Shown piece by piece: positions 20,101 through 30,828 of a stretch of 51,847 nucleotides of DNA (positions are counted from its first letter, which is position 1; the number at the start of each line of letters is the position of its first letter). This DNA comes from Macrostomum lignano (Eukaryota): positions 1-51,847 of the forward strand of contig NIVC01004283.1 in assembly GCA_002269645.1 (NCBI GenBank), read 5' to 3'. Made by a program: the position numbers and the translations under genes. Under the pieces are notes generated by a model that saw nothing but the letters and a program-made list of their open reading frames with translations, was not told the origin of the DNA and searched no databases.

Positions 20101-20516
20101 CCACAAAGGATCCCCTGCTGAGAAATCCTCCAGATTGAGCCCAGAGTTCCCGATTATGCCCCAAGCAGAGTCCCTGTACTCGGCTGCATGTGTCTCCCCT
20201 GTTAGCCTAAATCTCCTGGTAACCATCCCAGGCGGGGCTCTAGCCTCGAGAGGTCTGGTAGTAAGATCCAGGTGCGCCAGGTCACATAGAGTGGTGGCAG
20301 CCACTCGGTCATACTATGACCGAGTGACCAACTATTGCACCTTGGCTACAGGTGGGGTCCATGTGGGTCCTTGGCCCTCTGGTCACAAAGCGCTACCAAA
20401 GCTATCAATCATGTGGGCGGGACAGTCTGGTGCTGGAGGTCCGTCAGGTCATTGCCCCCTCTGGTAATGTGTTCGTGTCTCAACGGAGCGGACAGGCGAC
20501 AAGGGCGGTTACATCA
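17173..20516 (+). mobile_element. Large solo-LTR-like insertion within the THAP intron
   Basis: Termini TGATGTAACC...GGTTACATCA (10-bp inverted), 4-bp TSD GTTA (17169..17172, 20517..20520), CCAAT near 18056 and TATA gctatataagg near 18110; no coding domains recognised. Confidence 0.75.
18748..19932 (-). mobile_element. Second solo LTR nested in opposite orientation
   Basis: TGT...ACA termini, 4-bp TSD CTGC (18744..18747, 19933..19936), minus-strand TATA (ctatatatgaaag ~19560) and CCAAT (~19708). Confidence 0.55.
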
Positions 20517-22349
20517 GTTATATATTCTACATTGTTTAATATTCAGACCATAACGGATGGTATGGGTATATGTGCAAATCACTTGCCACCAGCTACTCCA
20601 ATGGTCCGGAAAGGCCGATTTGGGCGCCCTATGGAACAACCAACTGTTTTTAATGGTGTTTCCAAGTCATACTTTGTTCAGACACAAGGTGAGTGAGATT
20701 TAAAAGGCACAAATAACTGATTCATATTGATAAATTCTAACGGTGGTCGCGTTGCAGCTCTCGTATGCGATAATCATCCAACAAAAAAAATGTTTCACTA
20801 TCTTTAGTCGTGGTGAGTCGAAACCGTGGATAGGCAGAGATCCTGCACAAACTTCAAGTTTCTTTCTTCTTCATGATGTCTTCCATCTTTTGAAGTGCAT
20901 CCGAAACAATTGGCAAACAGAAAATAATGGTGTAATTTCTCTTCGTCTTCCGGACTCTAGTAAAATTGTCGACGCAAAGTGAACAGATTCAGTGCGCCTA
21001 TACAATGCGGAAGCCTCCAATACAGTTAAGCGTACTACTTTACTGCGCGCAGCATGTTTCCCATCTAACATTCAAAAAACCAAGGTAAGCTTGGCTTTGC
21101 AGGTATTTAATGACAACGTTGCCGCAGCCCTGAAATGTGATGGGTGCACAGATACAGCTGCGTTCATTGAAACAATCAATAAATTCTGGAAGATTATGAA
21201 CTGCAAGAATACATCGCTGCACAAAAAACTCAATGATCCTGACAGGCGCCCATAGAATGTGTCGATGATTCCAGCATAACGTTTCTCTGTATGTTAGCCG
21301 CCTCAATCAAGGAAATGGGCAGTGGAAAGGGAAGGGCAAGGCATCGAGCACTGACGACGGAAACTAAGACTGCACTGGTGAACACCCTTCGTGCCGTGAC
21401 TGAACTATGCGAAGAGCTGCTAAAAGATCCGAGTGTCGTCTACATTTTATCAGCAGAACTTCAAAGCGACCCTCTGGAGGCGGAATTCGGTGTGTATCGC
21501 CAAATGAGTGGCGGAAATTATTTTATCTGCGTTGAACAAGTGCTGCTGAGCGCTCGTCTTCGCAGAATGAAGCTTTACTCAGCGTTGCAATTGGAAGATT
21601 TTGTACACTCCACGGGAAGTTGCTGTACCACTCCTTTGTCAGACGATGAGCTGGCTACTTTGGATGATTGCTACGAAAAAAGTGATGCACTTACAATGAG
21701 TGAAAGGGCTTCTCTCTACTATATCAGCGGTATGCATTTTTGCCTTTTTCTTGATATCAAACACCATCTAAAATAAGTACACGGGCGTACGTCTACACAC
21801 ACCGTCCGTTTTTACAGGTTATACTGCATTCAGTGAGTCCATTGAGAGTTCAGCAGTATCAGGCCTTTCGGGCACTCCCATCAGTGAATTTACTGAAATG
21901 GTTTCTCGTGGCAAGCTAAAGCAGACTGGTTGTTCCACTTCTCTACACTTTGCTATGGGTGCTTCAACAGCCTATGTTTGCCATAGTTTTCATAATGTTT
22001 TAATAATGTTGTTTCTTTGGTGCTTCGTTAAGTAACTATTTTAATCCAGTTTTGCTTGTACTTGCGTACCAAATATAGTTTAATATTCATCTCATTGTAG
22101 TCGCGGTGTTGATGCAATAGTTTACTCTGCAGAATAGTGTAGTGACAGAATCATCAAGAATAGAATTGACATCCGACTGTTGATGATAGAAGCTGTCAGC
22201 GATCGCTATAACATTTTACTAGTCCTAGTCGTTTAGCTTTTTGCTGAAAACAGACTGTTGCATCATTATTGCATCACGTGTTGTAATAACATTGTATTGT
22301 AACATTGTATTGTATCTTCTGTTCAAAATATACAAATTTTCCTTCGATT

Positions 22350-22609
22350 TCCTTCGACTTTTCCTTCGACTTTATCGGAAAATTGTGTGTTCCTTCGAAT
22401 CCGACTTCATCGGAAAATTGTGTGTTCCTTCGAATCCGACTTTATCGGAAAATTGTCTGTTCCTTCGAAATAAAGAATTTCGGCAAATCAGGAATTTCGG
22501 CAAATCGGGAATCGGCGACTCGGGAATTTCGGCGAACCAGGAATCGGCGAATCGGGATTCGGCGAGCTGGGAATCGGCAAATCGGGATTCGGCGAATCGG
22601 GGGTAAACC
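22350..22609. mobile_element. Right end of a non-autonomous TIR element: 35-bp tandem repeats (~3x), short subterminal repeats, terminal GGGGTAAACC
   Basis: 22480..22609 is the reverse complement of 43679..43800; followed by GCTGCCTG. Confidence 0.65.
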
Positions 22610-22746
22610 GCTGCCTGGTCTCTTCCGGTCGGCAGAGCGGGTGCGGAGTTAAGGAGATTTCTAAAATATTGGCGAAGAATCTCTTTCGAAAGGTGTCGCT
22701 AACGTTCGACAACAAAAGCAGACAATTTTCACCGAGATGAAAGAAA

Positions 22747-23175
22747 TGTGGAAATCCTGAAATCTCTACCTGAGTCCTCAGGTAGAAATCAGAATGACAA
22801 TCAAAGTGAGCACATACTTAATCGATTTACACATTGCGAGCCATAAGAAAGAACTGTCTAAGGTCGACATCATTTCTGAGACCACTTTTCGAAAACTTGT
22901 TAAAATACAGTTTGAGCTTGAACTTGAGCTTGAGCTTAAGCATCGAGTAATCGGACTTTGACACGTCTGAAGTAAATATTTACCCCAGGGGGACCTGGTC
23001 GACACAGCCTTTATATTAAAAAAGGAGAGCACATAGCCGCGGTGTGGGCCTGGTAGCCACTCTGTAGAGCAGGCAACCACGTGCACACTGCAGACGACAG
23101 CCCAGCTGGTATGTGCTTTCTCGATTCAGGAGTGGCTCAGGTTCCGGTCAGCGACCGCTCCTGATCAGCGGCACT
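22747..23175 (-). repeat. Distal part of the 3' LTR of the minus-strand Gypsy fragment; proximal part at ~28185..28315
   Basis: Ends ...tttccaca on minus, TATA-like taatataaagg; the proximal piece follows a purine tract (ggggagg) downstream of the integrase stop at 28441; split by the LINE. Confidence 0.5.
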
Positions 23176-23350
23176 GCTGCTGTTGTTGTTGTTGTTGTTG
23201 TAGTTGTTGTTGTGTGTTGTTGTTGTTGTTGTTGTTGTTGTTATTGGTGTTGTTGTTGTGTGTTTTTGTTGTTTCTGTTGTTGTTGCTGCTGTTATTGTT
23301 GTTATTGTTGTGTGTTGTTGTTATTTTTGTTGTTGTTTTGTTGTTGTTTG
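23175..23350 (-). repeat. (CAA)n-type microsatellite at the LINE 3' end
   Basis: Imperfect (TTG)n on + strand. Confidence 0.95.
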
Positions 23351-26300
23351 CGGAAGGTGGTCTAGGGCTGCCTATGCAGGCAGTCCAAGAACCTAGCCAC
23401 CAGATCGCCATCGGCCAAGTCCTCCAGTTGGTGTAGGTCCGTCGCGTGTCGAGCCCTGGCCAGGGCCGGACATTCGAGGAAGTGGTCCTTGTCTTCTAAG
23501 AGGTCGCACCGGAGGCATCTGCTATCCTCCCTAGTGCCTATTCGGTGCTGATAGTACGCCGTAGAAGGATCGTGACCGGCACGCATTTGAGCTATGGAAA
23601 CTTGAAGCGCGCGAGGGCGAGCAGGCATCGAGGGGGTCTTGCTGTAGACCCGCTTCAGCCGGTCATTCAGGAGAGGCTTATAGTTGATGAAACGGCGTAT
23701 ACGGCTTCGGGCGGCCTCGATGTCGATCCCTAGAAGGTCCTGGGGGAGCAGACCGGCGTTCTTAGCCTCGGTGTCGGCTCTCTCGTTACCGGGAGTCCCA
23801 GAATGACCTGGGATCCACTGCAGGACCACGTCGGCGTGGCTCTCCACCTGCGTCAGCTTGCGCTTGAGCGACTCGAGCAGAGGGTTCAGGGAGTGCTGCC
23901 GACCCTTGAGCGCCGCAATGGCCGATTGGCTGTCGGTGAGGATCAGGGCAGAGTCCTGCTTAGTCTCAAGGATGTGGTCCAGGGCGAGGTGCAGAGCTGA
24001 GAGTTCAGCTTGGAGACTTGGAGAGAGTTCAGCTACACCAGCGCCCGGTAGCAGCTCCCTCAATCCAAACCACCTGGCCCGAAGTAGGGGCGACTGCCAC
24101 ACAGGCTGCCCTTCCATTCTCCGTTCCTTCGGATGCAGATCCGTCAGTGAAATAGTGGATCTTGCGGTCGCCCCATGATTTAATGGTGTCTTCCGTCGCT
24201 GACCGCCTGGTCTCTGGCGGATCGCTCCTGGAAATCGGCTGAGTCAGGTGTTCGCAAAGGGTGACCCGATCCTCGATTCTCGTAAGCCAGGGCTTGTTTC
24301 TGATCCAGTTCGATTCCCGGCGTGGGCAATGCAGAATCTGCTCAGATTCCAGCTTGGCTTGATCCCGGAGACCTTTGTTAGCTTTGAGCCTGCGCCGGCT
24401 TTGGTCTTCGCAAAGGCTGCGCCAAGGGTCGTGGGCTGGCCGCCGGAGGGCCTTCTCGACAGCCAGCAGGGCTCTTCTGTGTCCTTCAACGGAAATGGGA
24501 TCGGTTCCGAGTTCGAGGTAGACGGCCTCCTCCGGAGTGGATTTAGGGAGGCCGGCCACGATTCTGAGCGCTGCCCGTTGAGCCCGTTCGAGTTCGTTCA
24601 ACCGGCTTTTGGATAGCTAAGGTAGCCAGGCCGCAGCCGCGTGCCATATGACGGATTCGACCATAGCGGTGTACGTACGCATCAGTAGCTTGCGGTCCCA
24701 GCCCCAGCTCCTTTGTGCTAGCGCTCTCACGATGTTGGTGCGCTTGGCCATCTTTTCTTTGACCGTTTTGACTTGTTGAGCAAAGATGAGTCCACGGTCA
24801 ATCCAAATGCCGAGGTATTTGAGCGACTCCGTGAAGCGAAGTTGGGTGCCGGCTAGACGGAGATCAGGTGGCCGGTCAAAGTCGGCCCGGTTCCTAGAGA
24901 AGAGGCACGCCTGGGTTTTAGCTGGATTAACTGAGATGCGGAGGTCTCTGATCCAGGTTTTGATGAAGTCCAGGGCGCTCTGCAGCTTACTGGTGAGGTT
25001 CTGAAGGCTACTGTCGGTAGTCCATAGGCAGAGGTCGTCTGCGAATCCTCCAAGTTGAACTTCAGTTTCAGGGAAGCCAGTCCAATCATTGACGTAAAGG
25101 AGGAATAGAACCGGGGAGCACACCGCTCCCTGGGGAACTCCACTGGTGATGCGGCGCCACTTCCCGGTGGTGTTGCCGATTTTGGCACGGATTGCTCTAC
25201 CTTCCAGAAAATTGGCTAGCCAATGCGTCATACGATCGGGCATGTCTTCGTCCATCATCCGATTAATTAGCTTGTCGTGCCAAACTGTGTCGAAGGCTTT
25301 GGAGCAGTCGAGGGCGATAGCTGCGGTCTTGAGGGGAGGTTTGCGTTCCCACCCGTCTTGGATCGATTGGACCAGACGGGCGACCTGCTCCTCACAGCTG
25401 CGGCCTCTTTGGAAGCCCGCTTGCCAGTGTTTGAGGATGTTGAAGGTCTCGATCCAGTGGAAGAGGCGGTCTAGGACTATGCGTTCCATTATCTTGGCGC
25501 AGATCGATGTGAGACTGACAGGTCTATAGCTATCGCAGCTCTGCGGGTCTTTGCCGTCCTTCAGGAGGTGCACCACTATAGCTTGTTTCCAGATGCCAGG
25601 GCAGTGGCCAATCCTCCAGCTACGGTTGAAGAGTTTGAGCCAGGCTTCCGTCCAGCTTTCTGGCAGGTGCTTGAAGAAGGCTGCCTCTATCTTGTTCGGC
25701 CCTCCTTTCTTGTTGATGTCCAGGTGGTCGATAGCTCTCACAAGTTCACTCTTGGTGAAGGGGGCGTCATAGTCGCTGGCATGCGGGTGATAGGCACTCA
25801 GACGATTGGAGGTGAGTTTCTTGTAGCGGCGATCACCCGGTTGTTGGTCGGGTCTGCAGACCTTGGCAAAGTGTCTGCCAAACGCTTCGGCCTTTTGTTT
25901 GTCAGTCTTACATTCTTTGCCCTGAACCAAGAGGGTCTCGTTGGGGGTCGCCCCGTTATTACCCGTGTTCAAACATTTAATGGTCCTCCAGACAGCCTTA
26001 GGGTCGGAGGAGGAGGAGATTTTGTCGAGGTACTCTCTCCAGAACTGAGCTTTCTTCTCAGCGCACCGACTGGTCAGCTCTTGGGTCTTCATGTTCCAGT
26101 CTTCGACCGGGCCTCCCCGTCTACGGAGGTTGTTCCTCTCATCTCTCAGCAGGGAAAGTTCCTCGTCCCAGAAGGGGCGGTTACGAGGGGAGACTTTCTT
26201 CAGCGGGATGGATTCATTGGCCGCTTGCTTCATAGTCGTACAGAGCCGGGCAATTTGCTGTTTGATAGTGCCAGTGTTCAAGTCAGCAGAGTGCTCTTCA

Positions 26301-27638
26301 AGGTAGGAGTGATAGCGGTTCCAGTCGGCCTTTTTCCAGGCCCAGGAAAACCTGGGTTCTTTGGCCAGGGCCGGGCGGATACCATGAATCGTGATGAGAA
26401 TCGGCTTATGGTCAGAACCCAGCTCCGGCAGGACAGTCCAAGAGCACCGCCAGCTAGGGATCTGCTGGCGAAAGAAATGTCCGGGGCGCTCTCCTGTCCT
26501 GACCGGCGGTCGACACAGGTGAGTGCCGTGGTTGAGGAAGCGGTAGTCGTTATTCTCGACCCAGTCAACTAGGCAGCCGGCTTCAGTAACGTCTTCTGGT
26601 CCTTGGCCGGGTTTGCTGCCCCATTTCTGGTGGTGCAGGTTAAAGTCTCCCACAATGAGCTCCGCATTGTGCGGGGTGAGCCAGGAGACCACACTAGGGT
26701 TGATTCTTCTGTCCACCGTGTTGGAGCGCCGCGTTGGTGGTCGGTAGACATTGGTCAGAACTATAGTCTCGTGGGCGGTGATGTGCAAGGCGATACGATG
26801 CCCTACCGTGATGCCACCGCCCCAGTACCGAAGCTTTCGGAAGGAGATAGATTGGCGCACGAAAACCAGCAGCCCTCCTCCTTTGGACTCGACTCCATTG
26901 CGGGAAATTTGCCGGTCTTTTCTGATGGTGGAAAAACCCGGAATCCTGGGGTTGGGATGCTGTTTTTTCCAGCTTCGATTCCTGGACGGCGATAAGGTCA
27001 ATAGAGAGCCGATTGGCTATTTCTTCAAGTTCTCCCAACTTATTGCGGATACCATCCGCGTTCCATTGGAGGAGCCTAATACCAGGCTCCGACATGTCTT
27101 CGCTGGTGGTTTTGAAGTCCTGGCTGGGATCAGGTGAGCGCTGGTTCGGTTGCCCTTCCTCAGCCGGTCCGTTAAGGTGATGCAAGCAGGTTTCGCAGGT
27201 CCAGCGGCCCGTGGCGACGTCCCGTCGGATAGCCTCTATGGTCTGCTTGGTGCAAGCGTTATGGAACAGCCTCTCGCACACTTTGCACTCCGCAATAATG
27301 GCGGAGATGCGGACGGGCTTGTTGCAATCACCGCACTTTGGTTTTTCTCTTTGAATGAGCTGCATGAGTCTGGTACGGCGTTGAGTGGTCATGGGTTTGC
27401 CATCCACCTCCGGCGCGGCCGGGGGGGTGTGGTTCTGATTCTGTTGGGTGGAGCATGCCGTATCGTTCCGGTTGTCCTGGGAGCAAACAGTGCATTGCCA
27501 GGTCGTCCAGTCGGTGCGATCAGCCCTCCATCGCGTGAGACCCGATCAGGAGCTCTGCCGGTGAAAATGGCGCAGGCAATTAGAACAGACCGCGGGGTTA
27601 TTGCGAATCGAAGTGCCGCAGTTCGGGTGACCACAATC

Positions 27639-27692
27639 CGGTCCCGGGTTGGGTTCGACATCTCCGGCCATAAGGAGCAGCGCAAGGAGCTG
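27639..27692 (-). other. 2A (StopGo) peptide coding sequence QLLALLLMAGDVEPNPG^P
   Basis: Exact D-V-E-x-N-P-G-P motif preceded by a Leu-rich helix, immediately upstream of the PHD fingers. Confidence 0.9.
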
Positions 27693-27791
27693 GGGGGCCG
27701 GGCGCCCAACTCCGTAGGTCTTAGGCCTCAGTTCGTGCGCTCTCGTTCTACGTAGCCAAACTAGACCAGGTGGCGATCTGGTGTCCGAGTT

Positions 27792-27864
27792 TAGGCGCTC
27801 TTCGGGCTCCGCCAAAAAGGCGGGGCGACCCCTCACGACGATGACGTGGCGCCTAGCAGGAGCC
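27792..27864 (-). ncRNA. Candidate HDV-like self-cleaving ribozyme at the LINE 5' end
   Basis: Minus strand folds by hand: P1 GGCUCCU/AGGGGUC, P2 UAGGCGC/GCGCCUA, P3 CACG/CGUG with L3 UCAUCGU, P4 GCCCCGCC-UUUUU-GGCGGAGC, J4/2 CGAA. P3 is 4 bp and there are 2 extra nt before P2', so it is not canonical. Confidence 0.65.
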
Positions 27865-27904
27865 AACGGTGGTTGTCCGGTGGGCCAGAGGTAAACCGCG
27901 GCGG

Positions 27905-28135
27905 GTGTTGTTGTTGTTGCTGTTGTTGTTGTTGGTGTTGGTGTTGTTGTTGTTGTTGTTGTTGTTGGTTTTGGTGTTGTTGTTGTTTTTGTTTTTGTTG
28001 GTGTTGTTGTTGTTTTCGTTGTTGTTGGTGTTGTTGTTGTTGTTGTTGTTGTTGTTTTTGCCGTTGCAGTTACTGTGGTTGTCGTTGTTTTTGTTGTTGC
28101 TGTTGCTGTTATTGTTGTTATTGTTGCTGTAGTAG

Positions 28136-28170
<35 letters not shown>

Positions 28171-28182
28171 GCTGTTGTTGAT
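27905..28182 (-). repeat. (CAA)n-type microsatellite upstream of the LINE 5' end
   Basis: Imperfect (TTG)n on + strand. Confidence 0.95.
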
Positions 28183-28440
28183 GCCAGCTCTGCCTTAATC
28201 AGCTACAAGCGTCGGCCGTTCGGATCCCAATGACGGGTGCTTCTTCCACCATTCCCAGTGCCGCAGCGCCTCTTCCGCCTGCTCGCAAACCACACCGATG
28301 TGTCTGCAGCACCAGGCCGCCTCCCCAGTGCGCATTCTACTGAATATTTGAATTGAATGCAGCAAAAACGTAAAAAAACTTCAGTCCGCATATTACGGAA
28401 AAGAAAGTCAGTTAATTTCAGTCATTGCAGGATTTCAAAT

Positions 28441-29585
28441 TCAGTCCTTGTAGATTTTCACGCCCGCCCGAGCAGCGCGGGAGTGCGGGCGCAGTTCCAC
28501 GGGGGAGGCGGGTGGATCTCGGGCCGCCTCGCCCGAAGCTCTCGGTGCAGCGGTCTGCGTTTGGGCGCCGGCGTCGGCCAAGTCGGGGCTGACGACTTTG
28601 ACCGCCGTGCAGTGCCGCCAGCAGGTCGTGCCGTCCCGGCGTAGCAGCAGTGAGTTGCCGGCCACCCGCTGGACTGTCCAGGCACCGCTCTCGAATGGCG
28701 TCTGCGTCTTGCTGGCACCGACCCGCCGTCGTAGCACCGAGTCGCCGACCTGGACGTCGTGCCGCCGTGGTCGCCTTTTTGCGTCCGCGTGCTGCTTCAT
28801 CGCCGCCTTGGCGCCAGCGTCGGCTTCTCTCAGCCGCTGCTCGTTGATGCGGACTCGCTGGGACGGCCGGGCGGCGGGGATGATGTCGTTTGGCCGCCGG
28901 CCCATCAGCAGCTCGGCTGGTGCGCGCCCGGTGGCCGTGTGCGGCGTGTTCCTGTAGGCCAGCAGCCACTCGTCCAGAGCGGCCCTCCGGTCCCGCCGCT
29001 CCTCGATGGCTGCTCGCACGACTTTGTTGATGGAGCGGTTCAGTCGCTCTGTCATGCCGTTGGCCGCTGGGTAGTAGGGCGTGATGAGGCGGTGCTTGAT
29101 CCAGTAGCTCACCAGGAACCGGCCGAACTCCTTGGACGAGAAAGGTGGTCCATTATCTGTCACGAGCTCCTGTGGGATCCCGAAGCGGGCAAACATCTCT
29201 CGCAGGCGGGGAATCAATGCCTCGGCCGTCGTCGTCTGCATGAGCTGCACCTCCGGAAACCTTGAGTAGCCGTCCACGCACACCAGCAGCATTTTTTTGT
29301 TGATGGGTCCCACGAAATCGGCGCCGATCGACAGCCAGGCGCCCGCGGGGATCGGCGTCGGCTGCAGAGGCGTGGCCCGGACGGCTGGCGTGTGCGACGT
29401 GACGGCGCAGCTGCGGCATCGACTGACGAATTCCTCCGCTTGAGTTGCCATCCTCGGCCACCAGACCTTCGTGAAGAGTCTGGCGATCGTCTTCTGCGCG
29501 CACTGGTGCCCTTGATGCGCTAATTCGAGCATCTGCTGACGCAGATCAGCTGGCACGACGATTCGATGGTGTCGAAGGAGGACCT
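28441..29585 (-). pseudogene. Ty3/Gypsy pol fragment (integrase: HHCC zinc finger, DDE core), 5' part lost
   Basis: ELAHQGHQ...VWWP...C..C; GADFVGP; VTDNGPPF; GMTERLN. The N-terminal 20 aa of the listed ORF come from an A-rich tail and are spurious. Confidence 0.92.
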
Positions 29586-29719
29586 TTTTCTCTTTCTCTC
29601 TTTTTTCTTTTTTCTCTTTTTTATTAGCATTGACTTTATTGTATAGCCCCATCTTGTTTTACCAACCAGAAATTTAGCAAGTCCGGCCCAATTTCCGGTA
29701 AAACTGACACGACAACAAT

Positions 29720-30135
29720 CAAATTAGCACCACTCCCCCAGATTAGCACAGCTCCCCCAGATTAGCACCACTCCCCGAGATTAGCACCACTCCATCAGAT
29801 TAGCACCACTCCACCAGATTAGCACCACTCCACCAGATTAGCACCACTCCACCAGATTAGCACCACTCCATCAGATTAGCACCACTCCCCCAGATTAGCA
29901 CTACTCCCCCAGATTAGCACCACTCCATCAGGTTAGCACCACTCCCCCAGATTAGCACCACTCCCCCAGATTAGCACCACTCCCCCAGATTAGCACCACT
30001 CCCCAGATTAGCACCACTCCATCAGATTAGCACCACTCCACCAGATTAGCACCACTCCACCAGATTAGCACCACTCCACCAGATTAGCACCACTCCATCA
30101 GATTAGCACCACTCCACCAGATTAGCACCACTCCA
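29720..30135 (+). repeat. 19-20-bp minisatellite (cagattagcaccactccac), roughly 22 copies
   Basis: Directly visible; lies just upstream (minus strand) of AATAAA and an A-rich tail at ~29585..29640. Confidence 0.93.
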
Positions 30136-30828
30136 TCACTTCAGACAACAATTAATAGCACAGGTCAAGAAGTTAGTAAAGAGAGTTAAGATTAGGCAAT
30201 TAACCCCTCGCTAATTTATAATGAATTTTCCCGATGCAGTCACTGCAAAACTGTCCGCGTTAGCAACTTCTCACGCCTTCCAGACATCGTCGCAATTCCA
30301 ACCGATTCCCATGGTTTCCCTCACTCTTGCGACGTCTGGAATGTCTCAGTGTTCAGAATGTAATTAACCCCCCCCCCACATAAAGGCATGCAACCCTTTG
30401 AAGTGGAACAGACTTTTAGGGCGGCCTGCACTCGCCCTTTGCACTGCCGTCCTCGAGCGCTTGTGGCATTTTGTAAGAGTGCAGCTGTCCTAAACTGCTA
30501 CACTCCACCACGCTCTGATAACAGTGTAGTTTGCTAATTCCCTTACCTAAATTCTAAGTCCTATTCCTAATACGTAGTTCCTACAATAGTCCCTAGATGA
30601 CAGTCAATTGCCATTCTTATACCACCTTGCTCAGGTGCATGAGCTTTTCGCGGTCCGCCATTGCGAAAAAATTGCAAAAAAATCGACACGCGCTTGACAG
30701 GTCAGCGAGAGTCGCTTCGCATGAAATAATCGCCACCCAAGCCGGGGGCACGTGACCAAAGCCACTCGTTCAACACCCAACTAAGCTACGCCGGTTGAAC
30801 CAATAGAGCACTCACAGACAGTCAATTG

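Larger units (their letters stand above)
16983..21930 (+). pseudogene. THAP-domain P-element/THAP9-like transposase, intron-containing, internally deleted and degenerate; end approximate
   Basis: Exon 16983..17120 (MPRKCNVGNC...LPKD..ER.RW...LP) splices GT..AG in phase to 20547 (TITDGMGICANHLPP), completing a C2CH THAP. Downstream VCDN, D..HLLKCIRNNW and QSDPLEAEFGVYRQMSGGN; intron 21730..21817 joins YYISG-YTAF...VSRGKL. Confidence 0.85.
23350..27866 (-). mobile_element. Ingi/I-group-like LINE, apparently full length: 2A, two PHD fingers, APE endonuclease, RT, RNase H, CCHC; two stops and two frameshifts
   Basis: LLQWNADG..QESKL and VGDFN, SDH (APE); YRPVSLTS, QAGF, QGAVCSPVLF, FADD (RT); FTDGS, AEL.AL, TDSQS, WIPGH...GNERAD (RNase H); C-x2-C...H..C at the C-terminus. 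Confidence 0.93.

Noticed and set aside
23113-28181. Poly-Cys, poly-Leu and poly-Val ORFs (23113, 23214, 27846, 27869; also 32428..32784)
   Set aside because: Translations of (TTG)n microsatellites.
29720-30135. Regular 19-20-bp repeats as a CRISPR array
   Set aside because: No spacers; plain minisatellite.
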